DNA from: Catajapyx aquilonaris
Taxonomy: Eukaryota
Assembly: GCA_000934665.2 (NCBI GenBank)
Contig: JYFJ02003126.1
Span: forward strand, 1 to 46,110
Length of the DNA stretch: 46,110 nt
Direction of reading: 5' to 3'
Shown here: positions 35,753 to 46,110 of the stretch, piece by piece
Layout: each line of letters begins with the position of its first letter
How positions within the stretch are numbered: the first letter of the stretch is position 1
Program-made: the position numbers and the translations under genes
Notes under the pieces: generated by a model
What the model was told of the DNA's origin: nothing
The model's database searches: none
The model's input: only the letters and a program-made list of their open reading frames with translations

Positions 35753-36649
35753 CCACCGTTTACCTCCGTTTTGACACCCTGCAACGTCTGCTAGCCTGTC
35801 CCATCACGTCCGTGGCCAACCTTGCTTGGTGGAGTTCTTCGTTGGCCTTGTGAATATGGAGCATTACACGCATTTTTCTGAACAAATTGTGAAAATTTCA
35901 TTTCTATTGCAAGATCTTTGAGGTTAGGGGTGAGTAAGTAAGTTTCTTCATTTTTCCCAGTGGGCCTGCGGCCCTTACAGGGAGACTGCTACTACTACAG
36001 GGTGATTCTCTCGAATGGAAACCCAAACATTCCTCAATAACTTTTTAACTATGGTATGGTTCCTGATGAAAATGGACATGTACTTACCTTGTATCATGCC
36101 AAACAAGGTCTGACTAAAGAATTTACCAAGCATCCAGCATCCAAGAATTTTTAAATCCGAGTCTGCATAGTGCCGAAGACTCCTGCACATTGGCGCCCCC
36201 GGCCAGCCTACTAGGCGGGCGGGTGTCTCAAGGAAACGGTTTTTAACTTATGCTCTTTTTCACGCGCATCCGAGAATATTATGGTGTACATTTACATAAA
36301 GCACAAAACTCCATACCCTCAAGCTTTGAGAATTGTATGGCATGAGCGTGGACTCTCCTTCCAAAGCAAGTACAGGCTTACCTTGCTCCACAGAGAATCC
36401 TTGTGGTCATTGTCGTCGTTGCTTTTGATGACAAACTCGCAATGACGGACAACCTGCAAGTTATGCCGTTCTTGTTCAGCTTTCAATAATTCCAGATACA
36501 CGGAGAGATTATCATTGCACTCTTCTGGATTAATAATCAATAGTCCTTGAGAAGTACTGAAGGGTCCGGAGAGCATGGGGTGCCCTGGGAGAGTGCTGTA
36601 GTTGGGCACACCCCATTCAAGATTTCGGTAAATTTTTATCCACTTCGTC

Positions 36650-37684
36650 ATTAGTTCTACTCCATTTCCTAAGCTTCTTGATTAGGCCCTCTTTACTGAT
36701 TTTTAGATTGGCATCAAACCATTTTGCACATGATGGAGTGGAATTAGGGTCTCTTTTTACTTTCTTGATCAATCCCCTTTCCCGTAAGGGTTTTTTCAGG
36801 GCGACCCTAAAGCTCAGAAATAATGCTGCTCAACATCCATTAATTCACCGTTATGTCCCTCCAGAGCTAGATCAATATCATCCTCAAGCAAATTTAGACC
36901 TTCCGTTGGTAGTATGAATCTATCAATATACGTATTATCTCGAGTATCTTTAGGGGTTTGTACATTATTGACAATTCTATTGATAAGTGGTGTGAACCCG
37001 GAATCTTTAATATCCTGAAATCTACGACCTTGCTTATGAAGAGGGAAGAGACTAGGGCATAATCAATAACACTCTGGCCCTGACCCGTTATAAATGGGGA
37101 ATGGCCTGCTTCGTCCGATGGACATACCCCATTTAAAATAAAACCGGCATTCTCCAAAAACGGGATAAATTGACTACCTCGATGATTTTTCTGCTCGTCT
37201 CTTACGTGATTTTATTCTTGTTAGTGGCGAAGCAAAGATTTCTCTCATGTCTCACTCGGCCCGGGATGAATCTCCCCATTCGATTGCTGCGTTCAATGGG
37301 TAAGTTGGGGTTGGGGAGTACCCCAAGGTCAGACAGGGTCTTCAGTACCTTGAACTCTGTCTCTCCCCACGTTTCTTGACCATCAGGAGCCTCCCCAAAT
37401 ATGACAATATTCTTTCTTCTACCTCGATCTTCCATGTCCACAATCTTGGATTCCAAGGCCAGGATCTTGTTGGTTGAAAACTCGAGTTGGTTGGCAAGGT
37501 CCGTCATTGTGGACTGGAGCTCGTTCACTTTCTCACTTTGTTCTTCCGCCCTCTTGTCACAGATCTTCGTGAGCTCAGACGTCACCCTCGTTGCCACCAG
37601 CTCAATTGCCCCCTGGATTTTGGAGTCCAACTTCTTCTCTAAGGCTTGTAGTAAGTCGGCCATCTCTTCCTTTGAAACCCCCAT
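36650..37684 (-). mobile_element. Deleted LINE (L2/CR1-group-like): ORF1 coiled-coil/RRM plus APE endonuclease end
   Basis: IVDMEDRGRRKNIVIFG...IERSNRMG; FILNG...GQSVIDYALVS...SHHL; downstream KWFD linker motif. Confidence 0.8.
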
Positions 37685-37835
37685 TTGGACGGATTCGAAC
37701 GGATTTGGCTGCCTATGTGTGGCCTTGTGAATGAGCGCCCCTCACACGTCCTATTGCTTTGCTGATGGCTGTGGAGCCCACGACGAGCATTCCAGAGGAC
37801 CCTCCTCCAGCCAAAGGAACAAGAAGTTGAGAAGT

Positions 37836-38410
37836 CAAGGTGCAGTACCTTACAGTATGTCAAAAATCGTAATTATGACTGCACTTATCGATCCATGTTC
37901 CCACTGCTGTCCAGGAAGACAGTGTCGCCACTGCTCTCTAAGGTGTGCACCCGGCGCATTAGAGGGGAACACATTGTGACCGCAAAGTCTTCTCCTCCCC
38001 CTAGACCATCTATGAATTCACAGCTGCCACCTGCTGTGCTCTTCTGATATTGCAGGACATGGTCCTTCAATGTATCCATCATCGCTGTTACAGTATAATT
38101 GATATGTTAGTTCTAGAAAAGAGAAAGGCATCTCTGCAGTGTACTCACATTCTGGTGTGCCAAACTGCCCTTCATAGTATGACTGCCTCAGTCGGAACAC
38201 CCACTTTATGTCGGGAACGTGGCGCCTGTCCTGGCTCAAGATAAGGTATTCCTCAGCGCTCATGTCTGCTTTTTCTCTGTAGTGCTGCTTTAATTGGCAC
38301 AGTGCCTTGCTTGGGCTTAGGCCAGTCTGAAAATACTGGAGCAGCATCTCCTTGAATTGGCCACAGATGAGGTGCTTTTTAGTAAGAGGTATTCCGTCAA
38401 TATTCATCAT
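37836..38410 (-). mobile_element. MULE-type transposase fragment
   Basis: YFQTGLSPSKAL and MCSPLMRRVH...VFLDSSGNMDR. Confidence 0.7.
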
Positions 38411-38899
38411 GACCTCTAGCTTGTAAAATGCAGAAACTACGTGACAATTGTCATACGCTTAGGTGTTACAATTCCATTGTGTAAGCCAGTGTTTGTAATG
38501 TCCTGTGTTAAGTACCAATGCATCATTCACAGAAACTTCCGATATATCTGGATAGTTGTGCTGTGGATCGTTGTAGTCGGAAGATATTGATAACGACGAA
38601 GTCCCATGCCCTGATTCTTCTTGAGAAGATGATGGCAGAGTTTGCAAATGATATCCCAGTTCCAAAGGGAATTCCTTTGGACATAGAAGGACGGCTCACA
38701 GGGCCTCGGTTAGAACCCGTTGAGTGGCACCTGGCTTGTGGACGAAGCGCCAGTCTGCAAATCTTGTGTAGCGACCGAAGGCCACGACTTCCCTTGGGCG
38801 GGGAGGCCATGCAGGCGAGCGTCCCTGGTCGTCTTCTTCCTGCACTGCGGGTGCACCTTGGCGCTTCCCATCGTGAGGGTGGGCAGGCCGTTGGTAAAT

Positions 38900-39745
38900 G
38901 CCCACCTCACCCCCAGTCTCCCAACTTGGTCTAGGAGCAGGGTTTTCGCTGTCCGAACCGCCCTCTCCACCTGGCCGTTGGATCGCGGATAGTTGGGGCT
39001 GGTGCGGATGTGCGAGAACGCCGAGAAATTTCACTCCTTGGCGAACGTCGTAAATTCCGCGCCGTTGAACGGTCGGTGGCCTTCCGTCCGATACGACCAC
39101 CACCGGTACGCCGTGGCGGGCAAATACCGTCTTCAGCGCCGGGATAGCCACCTCCGCCGCCAGGCTGTGGATCAGCTCCACGTATTTAGAGTAGAAGTCC
39201 ACCACTTCCATGTAGTGTGCGTTCTTGTAGTCCAGGAAGTCGACCGCAACCCTCCCATGGCGTGTACGGGGTGGGGGTGCGGCATGTATGGCTCCGGTCC
39301 GTTGATCGCCTGGAAAGAGTCTTTGCTCACAAAATTTTGACTAAAAACCCTCTGCAGGAAAAACCATAACACGTTTTTTTTACACAAAAAAAAGGAAAGA
39401 GACATTGGTCACAAAATTTTTACAAAAAAACAAAAAAAAAATGTGAGAGATGGTTGCTCGAGGCGGCAGAGGAACCACCTTGCAGCAAACTTGAAGGCGC
39501 AGGCGGGAGGGAGATCCAGAGCATTCTTGGCAGGTCCGCACCATTTCTTTGATCTGTGATTGCAGGCCTGGCCAGTAGATGCAGCTTCTCGCCCTCTCTC
39601 TCTCTCTGGTGTTTACTATCCCCTGATGCGCTGAATGCAGCCTCACCAGCATCTCCTCCTGGAACCCGCGCGGGATGACGATCAGGTCCTGGCGGAGAAC
39701 GAGGCCCTCCCACAGCTCCAGCTCGTCCCTGACCGGCCAGAAGCA
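38900..39745 (-). mobile_element. Gypsy integrase (zinc finger plus core), interrupted by an A-rich insert at ~39320-39490
   Basis: LHSAHQGI...IYWPGL...CQEC; VVDFYSKY...FARHGVP..VVSDG; NGQVERAVRTAK. Confidence 0.9.
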
Positions 39746-40179
39746 CCCAAAATGGTCTTGGTTTAGCGCTTTAACAGCCCTGACAATGGTTATTCGTTTA
39801 TTGCATTGTTTGAAACGATCACACTGACTTTTCCTAACAAGTCCCACTCAGCGACAATGCGTGGAAGTGCATTGAATTTTATTTAGGATTACTATCATAC
39901 ACATACAGTATACTGATACAACTTAGTCAGCTATTAACGGGGTTATTCCAGACACTGTCTCATCTGTCTCGTCTCCTTTATACAGAAGTTCCAAAACAAA
40001 GATATTTCCTTTGGAACAACACCTTCCAGAAGGACATGCATAGGATCAAATAGGAAGTATTTTGTTAAGGAAATGTAGGTGATATCATGTAAAAATGTCA
40101 TTCCTTTTAAACAGTACTCAACTGATTACTGGATCTTTTCTTTCTCATTGGTGCATGCTTCCAGCTTATGTGCTTGCTG

Positions 40180-40360
40180 CCATTGGATTCCTCGTCCAGC
40201 TCCAACTGTGTGTACGCCTCCGCCAGGTCCATTTTTGAGAAAATTGTAGCTCCCCCCAGGGTTGCCAGCAATTCCCCTACCGTTGGCAAGGTGTACTGGT
40301 CCACCACAAGGGCCTTGTTTACTGTGGCCTTGTGGTCACCGCAGATACGAATTCCCTTCA
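40180..40360 (-). mobile_element. Gypsy reverse transcriptase fragment
   Basis: IRICGDHKATVN...YTLP...FSKMDLAEAYTQL. Confidence 0.9.
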
Positions 40361-40799
40361 AGGTCACTCTGCAAGTTGGATTGCCCCTAGCATAGGGTGG
40401 GACTGTGTGTAACTTTGCACGATCTACGAACTAATTTGACTTTACGGCTGAAGCATTCCTTAAATCCCGAAATGTCGAAGCAGGCAAGGGTGTCCCCAAT
40501 GTTTTTATTTTTTTAAAATTTTGTAAATTTTTATTTTCATTGCCCCTGTGGGCTTTACATAGCCTTTGGGGGGAGACAAGCCGGTGGACAAAATTACAAG
40601 AGAAAGGGTATCCCCAATGTATGAATACGGGCATCATAAAAAATCTCTCCTCACCACTACTTGTTTGAAAGACTATTTCTTAAGAGCTTAGGGTCAACAC
40701 AGTTTGGAGGAAATTGGCCAAGAGTGTTTCTTTGGACTCATTGGTTTTTAGACTGGATGCTGCTCCAACTGCCAAAAGACGATTGTTTTGCAGCGTGGA

Positions 40800-40945
40800 C
40801 CGCAGGTGGGGTGGTACATTCCAAGTAGAAAAGCATGACTTTTCCCTTTCCACCTCTTTTCATACCTAGGGCATTACCTAACTCTACCTCATCATTGTAC
40901 AGTGATAGTGCCAGAGCAGTCTTGTCATGTTCACTCCAAATTTCA
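40800..40945 (-). mobile_element. EnSpm/CACTA-like transposase fragment
   Basis: LSLYNDEVELGNALG....K...FY. Confidence 0.65.
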
Positions 40946-40949
40946 TGGC

Positions 40950-41330
40950 ATTTCTCTTCATTCACCGTGAGGCCCGCTTCTTGGATACGTCTCAGTACAT
41001 CACTCAGTCGGCTGTCGTGTATCTCCTGAGTTTCCCCGTACATCAATAAGTCGTCCATATGACAGACTACACCGTGTAGGCCAGCCAGGATCGCTGACAA
41101 TTTTCTTTTGGGAATGCTCAGGTGTGCTGCATATCCGGAACGGAAGGCGTAAGAATTTCAACCTCCCGAAAGGGCTTATAAAAGTAGTTAACCTTGACGA
41201 TTCTTCTGACAAGGGCACTTGCCAAAAACCACTGTTGCAGTCGATTTTTGACAATACTTTAGCCCCCTTCAGCTGAGCCAACGTGTGCTCTACCGCTGGT
41301 AGTGGGTGATGCTCCCTCTTGGGTGACTCC
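40950..41330 (-). mobile_element. Gypsy reverse transcriptase fragment (second family)
   Basis: SKIDCNSGFWQV...TTFISPFG...RLPF and CHMDDLL. Confidence 0.9.
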
Positions 41331-42172
41331 TTGTACTGTTGGTACTCAAATGCTTCGGCCACACCTGCAATTACAGGTGACTCTTGTATACACAGGATGA
41401 TTGCTGGTTTGTCTCTGCGATCTGAATTGACTTGGATTCAATCTTTAAACTGGTATGGGACAGGTTATTACCACAACTAATGAAAATATGATACATAATT
41501 GGAATTATCCTCCCAGATATTTATTTTCTTTATGGCACCCTCTTCTTGTGGAATTCTGTTTCATTATCAATTTGAATTTTCCTGAGCTCCATATCATAGC
41601 ATGGCGCTCTTTGCTCTCCTCTATGGCCGCCTCTCACATCAACCTCCTCTTCTTCACCTGCATTTCATGGATGGCTTTTTCCTGTCTTGTTTGTTTGTTT
41701 GTTTGTTTGTTCGTAGTATGCAATTTTGGTTGCTGCCAGGGCGGAGAGGCGGTTGGCAGCCACAGCCCGAGGGGTTGGTCCAGGCTTGTCAGGATGACGG
41801 CGCCGAGTCCAGGGGTTCCTGCGGCTATTTCTCCCTGGTACTACTTTGCTGCCGAAAAAAAGCGTAGCTGCTGCTAGAAGGGGAAGCAGCTGGACGGAGG
41901 TGCTCCAAGAAAAGATTGGATTAGGAGTGGATGATGGCAGGAGACAAGGGTGAAAGTGNTGTGCAGAAACCATACATTTGGAACAGCTGCATTTCTCAAA
42001 TTAACCAGTGTGTTCTTTACGTTTAGCAAAACCATGCTATCTTCTCAAGTAATAACACAAAATGATTTCATTTTTGATGTTGATCGCATGTATGCTAATT
42101 TGCCTCAAGAGTCTGAGAACAATGAATTGCTAGTTAATTATGAGATGACTTCTCCTATACTTATCCCAGAAG

Positions 42173-43027
42173 TTACGTCGACACAGAACCCCTGTCAACC
42201 TCCTGGGTGCCCGCCCACGGGGGGCATACTCCGGAACAGGGATCCACAGCTCCCTTGAGATACGGTGTTTTTAGGTCTGTGATCAGGTTAGCACCCCACT
42301 TCATCTGATGAGACTTAGAATATCTTCTTAGGGGAACAGGGAAACCTTCGACAGGATAGTTCAATAAGGTGAAGTTGCAATGTTGTGTTTCTGATGTAGT
42401 GCGTCTGTTTTGTTTGGAAAACTGTATAATTGTGCACTGATTTCCGTTTTTGATCCATGTGAACGGGTACCAAGTTTCTTTGTTGAATTGTTGATTCACA
42501 TCGTCGATTTTCCTCATGTAATTACGAGGGGTCATTTTGTTATGATGGTAACAAAACTCATGTGCTTGGAAGTTGCAGCACCCATAAATGTCGCCAGGCG
42601 GGAACCATTGGGTGTCTCTGATGAAGGTTGCGTTACTCTCATGTAGATTTTCAAGATGCCTTATTTCTGTCTCGTTGCATGAATATGAATCTCCATCCCA
42701 ATATCCATGTATTGAAAAAGGTGTTCTGAGGAGAGACAACTGATTTGTTACCCACAGTAGTGAACAGGCCCAAACTACAGCAAATGCCATTTTTATCCGA
42801 GTCAACATTGATAATCTTGAGAGTCGGAGAGCATGGTATGTGACGAACCTATCAAAGTGTTCCTCTGCTTGATATAAAGAGTTCCCTTCTGCAGGTTTGG
42901 GTTCCAAAGAATGATGCGTGATTGGCGTCCGAATGTTTACTGTACACAAGTATGAAGGATGGGAAATAGAGAGGGTGTTGAACTTACTGATAGGGATACT
43001 TACAGACGGTTTGGCGTAGGCACTCAC
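42173..43027 (-). CDS. Uninterrupted 284-codon ORF, glycoprotein-like, unassigned
   Basis: Hydrophobic stretch MAFAVVWACSLLWV followed by a Cys/aromatic-rich region with NET, NAT and NFT sequons; no family recognised. Confidence 0.4.
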   Translation of the reverse strand: MSAYAKPSVSIPISKFNTLSISHPSYLCTVNIRTPITHHSLEPKPAEGNSLYQAEEHFDRFVTYHALRLSRLSMLTRIKMAFAVVWACSLLWVTNQLSLLRTPFSIHGYWDGDSYSCNETEIRHLENLHESNATFIRDTQWFPPGDIYGCCNFQAHEFCYHHNKMTPRNYMRKIDDVNQQFNKETWYPFTWIKNGNQCTIIQFSKQNRRTTSETQHCNFTLLNYPVEGFPVPLRRYSKSHQMKWGANLITDLKTPYLKGAVDPCSGVCPPWAGTQEVDRGSVST

Positions 43028-43169
43028 CCTTGATACACTTTAGGGAGGCTGGTGTCCGGTGCTCGCAGGGTGAGGTAGGGAGGTATACACAGGTTGGGGG
43101 AAGGGAAAAAAAGTGGTCGAGGGTCAGTTGGTCACCCCCCAGGAAAACTACCCCAGGAGTGGGGGGAAC

Positions 43170-43418
43170 AATTATGCGGACTCAAAGGACCTTATCTCTG
43201 AAACCCAAGCCGGATTTAGAACATGTAAATCCTGCACGAATTTAATTTTTATATTTAACGGACTAATTCATAAATACATAAACAAAAAGAAATCCTTCAA
43301 CTATCTATTTGTGTTACTCAGAGATCTAACAAGATTCGGTAACCACAATTTTCTAATTCAATCATTACTTAACATGGGAATCGGAAAGTTTTTAAAAATA
43401 GTGATTACGTCACTGTGA
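43170..43418 (+). mobile_element. LINE reverse transcriptase fragment (plus strand)
   Basis: LISETQAGFRTCKSCTNLIF. Confidence 0.8.
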
Positions 43419-43619
43419 CATAATACTGTGAAGGTAGCTGTACGAAATTGAGAGTGTCTTTCCTATTTTGCAACATACATTTTGGAAATAAAAATATCTA
43501 CGTGTATACTGTATCTATCAAGCTCCACATTTTTCTGATCATTTCAAGAATAAAGCAGGCGATGGGAATTATTACGCATTTCGGTGCATAAGCTATCCGA
43601 AATGATTCTAATGGATCTA

Positions 43620-44000
43620 CTGTATACATCTAATACACAATTAAAATGAACTATTGTCAAAATAAATGGCATAGTCTGCTTTTGGTACCCATGACGGGAG
43701 GTTTTCCAGCCAAGCATATCTTGTGCCATGAGTGGCGTAGGAACATGCTGTCGTATTTTCCAGTGAAGAGAATGCGTGTAACTCGGCTTGAGTCGCCCAG
43801 ACACTCAAGGTTTTCATATGAGCCCACATGCTTCTTAAAATCTGGCTATAACACGTAGCACTCCAATTTTTGTCTGATTATTGTCTAAATGATCCACAAC
43901 TCAGTTTCGAAGTTGCTCGTGGAAATTTTCGCTCCCAGTGATGATATCATTCCCATCACCTGCAATTGTCTGTATTTGTAGTGGGGTTCCTATTTGCTTT
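43620..44000 (-). mobile_element. OTU-like cysteine protease fragment (TE-associated), catalytic Cys deleted
   Basis: IAGDGN^IITGSENFHEQLR*VVDHL, WATQAELHAF and HFNCV. Confidence 0.65.
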
Positions 44001-44412
44001 ACTCGAGTCACACTACTCATTTTAACCGTGACTTGGACACTCACACCCAAATTACCAGCGATCGCGTCTTGTCACGTTCTGCTGGTAGATTTGAACAATC
44101 ACGATTCAGTTTGCCCCAAGGTGGTGACGACTTCTGCTGGCTTCCATTGTACACTTTGAGTGGCTTCCTGGTGGCTTCCTTGCACGGAAAAATGATGAGT
44201 CGCCAACCCCTTGGTTTGGCCTAGACACTTCTTTTTTAGAGTTTTGTGTGACGGAACGGATTTTCGTTTCTTCTGCCCACGCTTTTGCCACACTCTGTCA
44301 CCTGCTGATTTCACGACTCGCTTTTTACTAGGCCTACTCCACAGCAATAGCTGAGGTCAAGGACAGACTGACCAAGATGCAATGTTGTCCTGCCTTTTGT
44401 GTGAATAATGAC

Positions 44413-44800
44413 CAAGGTGCAGTACTTTATGTCAAAAATCGTAATTATGACAGCACTTACCGATCCATGTTCCCACTGCTGTCCAGGAAGACAGTGTCGC
44501 CACTGCTTTCTATGGTGTGCACCCGGCGCATTAGAGGGGAACACATTGTGACCGCAAAGTCTTCTCCTCCCCCTAGACCATCTATAAATTCACAGCTGCC
44601 ACCTGCTGTGCTCTTCTGATATTGCAGGACATGATCCTTCAATGTATCCATCATCTCTGTGAATTTTTATTTTCCCATCGATGCTGTTAATGAGATTTCT
44701 GAGAAATCTTCCTGGGGTTTTCCACAATTTCCTATTCAACAAGCGCTTCTTTATGTAATTAAAGTGGCCCTCGACTAATGAATTGCTGCTTCTTTTCATA
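44413..44800 (-). mobile_element. MULE fragments; 44413-44655 duplicates 37836-38083
   Basis: Near-identical DNA and ORF to 37885-38082; adjacent NSLVEGHFNYIKK motif. Confidence 0.75.
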
Positions 44801-45009
44801 CCTCTAAGAGATTTTTTTTAAATACATTATAACAGCACTCCGCAAGCACAAATAGGGCAAATAGTTCTTCAAAAGAATATCGACAGCATTTATACTCTGT
44901 AGTGGATTAGGTAGTAGGTTTTCCTTCTCATTACACTGATTTTGTGACATTGCTTTCTTTCCAGCCTCATTGGCAATGACTTGGAAGTGCCTATAAAATG
45001 GGGACTGCC

Positions 45010-45296
45010 CTCTCTATTTTTTTTTATAATTACCCCGTGATGGGGGGGGAGCCCTCTTAGGGGGGAAGAGGACGTTCCCAAGGGAGGGCGCTGACTATTA
45101 GTCATTTCTGACTCTGTGAAATACACCAGACCTTTTCTGCTGGCCCCGGGCAGAGTAGGGAGTGCAATTCTGCCCCGGCATGTCGGGTGAAAAGCGGAAA
45201 AAGACCCGGCGAAGCAGAGGTGACGGGGACGGGATTCGAACCCCGGCCTCCCGCTTGGCTGGCCAGCGGCGTAACCGATAGACCTCCATGCCTCCC
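45010..45296 (-). mobile_element. tRNA(Gly)-derived SINE
   Basis: Head ...GCCAAGCGGGAGGCCGGGGTTCGAATCCCG (B box; resembles the tRNA-Gly GCC 3' half), tRNA-unrelated body, A-run near 45017-45026. Confidence 0.7.
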
Positions 45297-45418
45297 TGGA
45301 TATAACTTATTTGTTGAATGACATTTAATTGTGTGGTGCCATTGCTACCTGAAATTCCCTCTAGCGAATCCTCCCAGGTTGCTACTATGTCCATAAATGT
45401 GTCCTTATGCTTGGCGCC

Positions 45419-45453
45419 ATGTCCCGGGCAAACTGGGACGGTTGGTCACGCTA
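45419..45453. mobile_element. hAT (Blackjack-like) terminus
   Basis: Reverse complement TAGCGTGACCAACCGTCCCAGTTTGCCCGGGACA resembles (T/C)AGGGTGACCA..GTCCC termini. Confidence 0.55.
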
Positions 45454-46110
45454 TTTGATGAGTAGGCTACTAATAACACTGGTCTGCAAGGTTTTTGTGG
45501 GAAGGAACATTGATGGGGATCCTAATTGAACTTTTTATTCTGAATTCTAATATGCAGTCTCTCTATCACCCAGAGTTTGTTTTGCGGCACACAAGTTATA
45601 TTAGAGGATATGAACACAGTAGTACATTTGCATGCATGATATTGGCTGCCAAAAAAATTTACTACATCGCACAGTGATTCAGATCGACGTAAAACATGGA
45701 CAAAATGTCCAAGATTGTTGTATTTACATGAAAATTGAGAAATTGGGGTTTGCAAGGTTGCTGAATCCGAATATGAAGTCAGGTGTATGAAATTCAAAAT
45801 GACTGGTCCAAGATGGCAGATATAAAATTGAAAACTTCTCTGATTTCTTAACAAGTGTTGTCCTAGGTTTATTAGGTTCCTAAATTTAAATCCATATAAG
45901 TTATATATATAGTTAAATGTTTAGAAAAGTTAATAGTTAAAAGTCATCTTTAAATATTTTAATCACTGATATCACTATGGCCACTATCACTGCTGATATT
46001 GTCTTCCACATCCGATTGCTCCAATCCAACTTCACTTCTCGGTGATTTTAGAAGCTGGCGCACTTCTGCTGGAATGCTGCTAGCCTTCCTCCTTGGCAGT
46101 GGTCTCATAG

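Larger units (their letters stand above)
1..46110 (+). other. Putative uni-strand piRNA-cluster-like TE/virus fragment mosaic (predicted precursor on + strand)
   Basis: About 35 recognisable TE/viral coding fragments on the minus strand versus 4 on plus; more than 12 superfamilies; almost no unique spacer and no intact host gene. Function inferred by analogy to flamenco-type clusters. Confidence 0.65.

Noticed and set aside
36788..36803. Third histone stem-loop-like string GGGTTTTTTCAGGGCG
   Set aside because: The stem does not pair, and it lies within LINE sequence.
45222..45296. Functional tRNA-Gly gene
   Set aside because: Acceptor stem and D arm do not pair properly and a SINE-like body follows.
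1..46110. CRISPR array or prokaryotic/phage locus
   Set aside because: No regularly spaced direct repeats between fragments and no operon-like genes; content is eukaryotic (introns, Dim1, SINE, eukaryotic TEs).

Overview
Eukaryotic (probably arthropod) DNA with no intact host gene. The window is a densely packed mosaic of about 40 recognisable short (0.1-1.3 kb), mostly terminus-less and internally deleted fragments. They come from DNA transposons (Sola, Helitron, MULE, hAT, piggyBac, Tc1/mariner, EnSpm/CACTA, Harbinger/ISL2EU, Academ), Gypsy LTR elements, LINEs, a tRNA-derived SINE and at least two rhabdovirus-like (class III) glycoprotein genes. About 35 coding fragments lie on the minus strand and only four on the plus strand: an ankyrin fragment, an intronless Dim1/TXNL4A copy, an inverted glycoprotein duplicate and one LINE RT piece. 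This is the architecture expected of a uni-strand piRNA-cluster-like antisense archive of mobile elements and viruses (inference; no small-RNA data here). One glycoprotein gene survives as a deleted copy, an insertion-interrupted copy and an inverted copy, which records how the locus grows and erodes. A GC-rich structured block at 3544-3865 ends in two tandem canonical histone 3' stem-loops with no histone gene. Family calls rest on motif recognition by eye, and most fragment boundaries are approximate.
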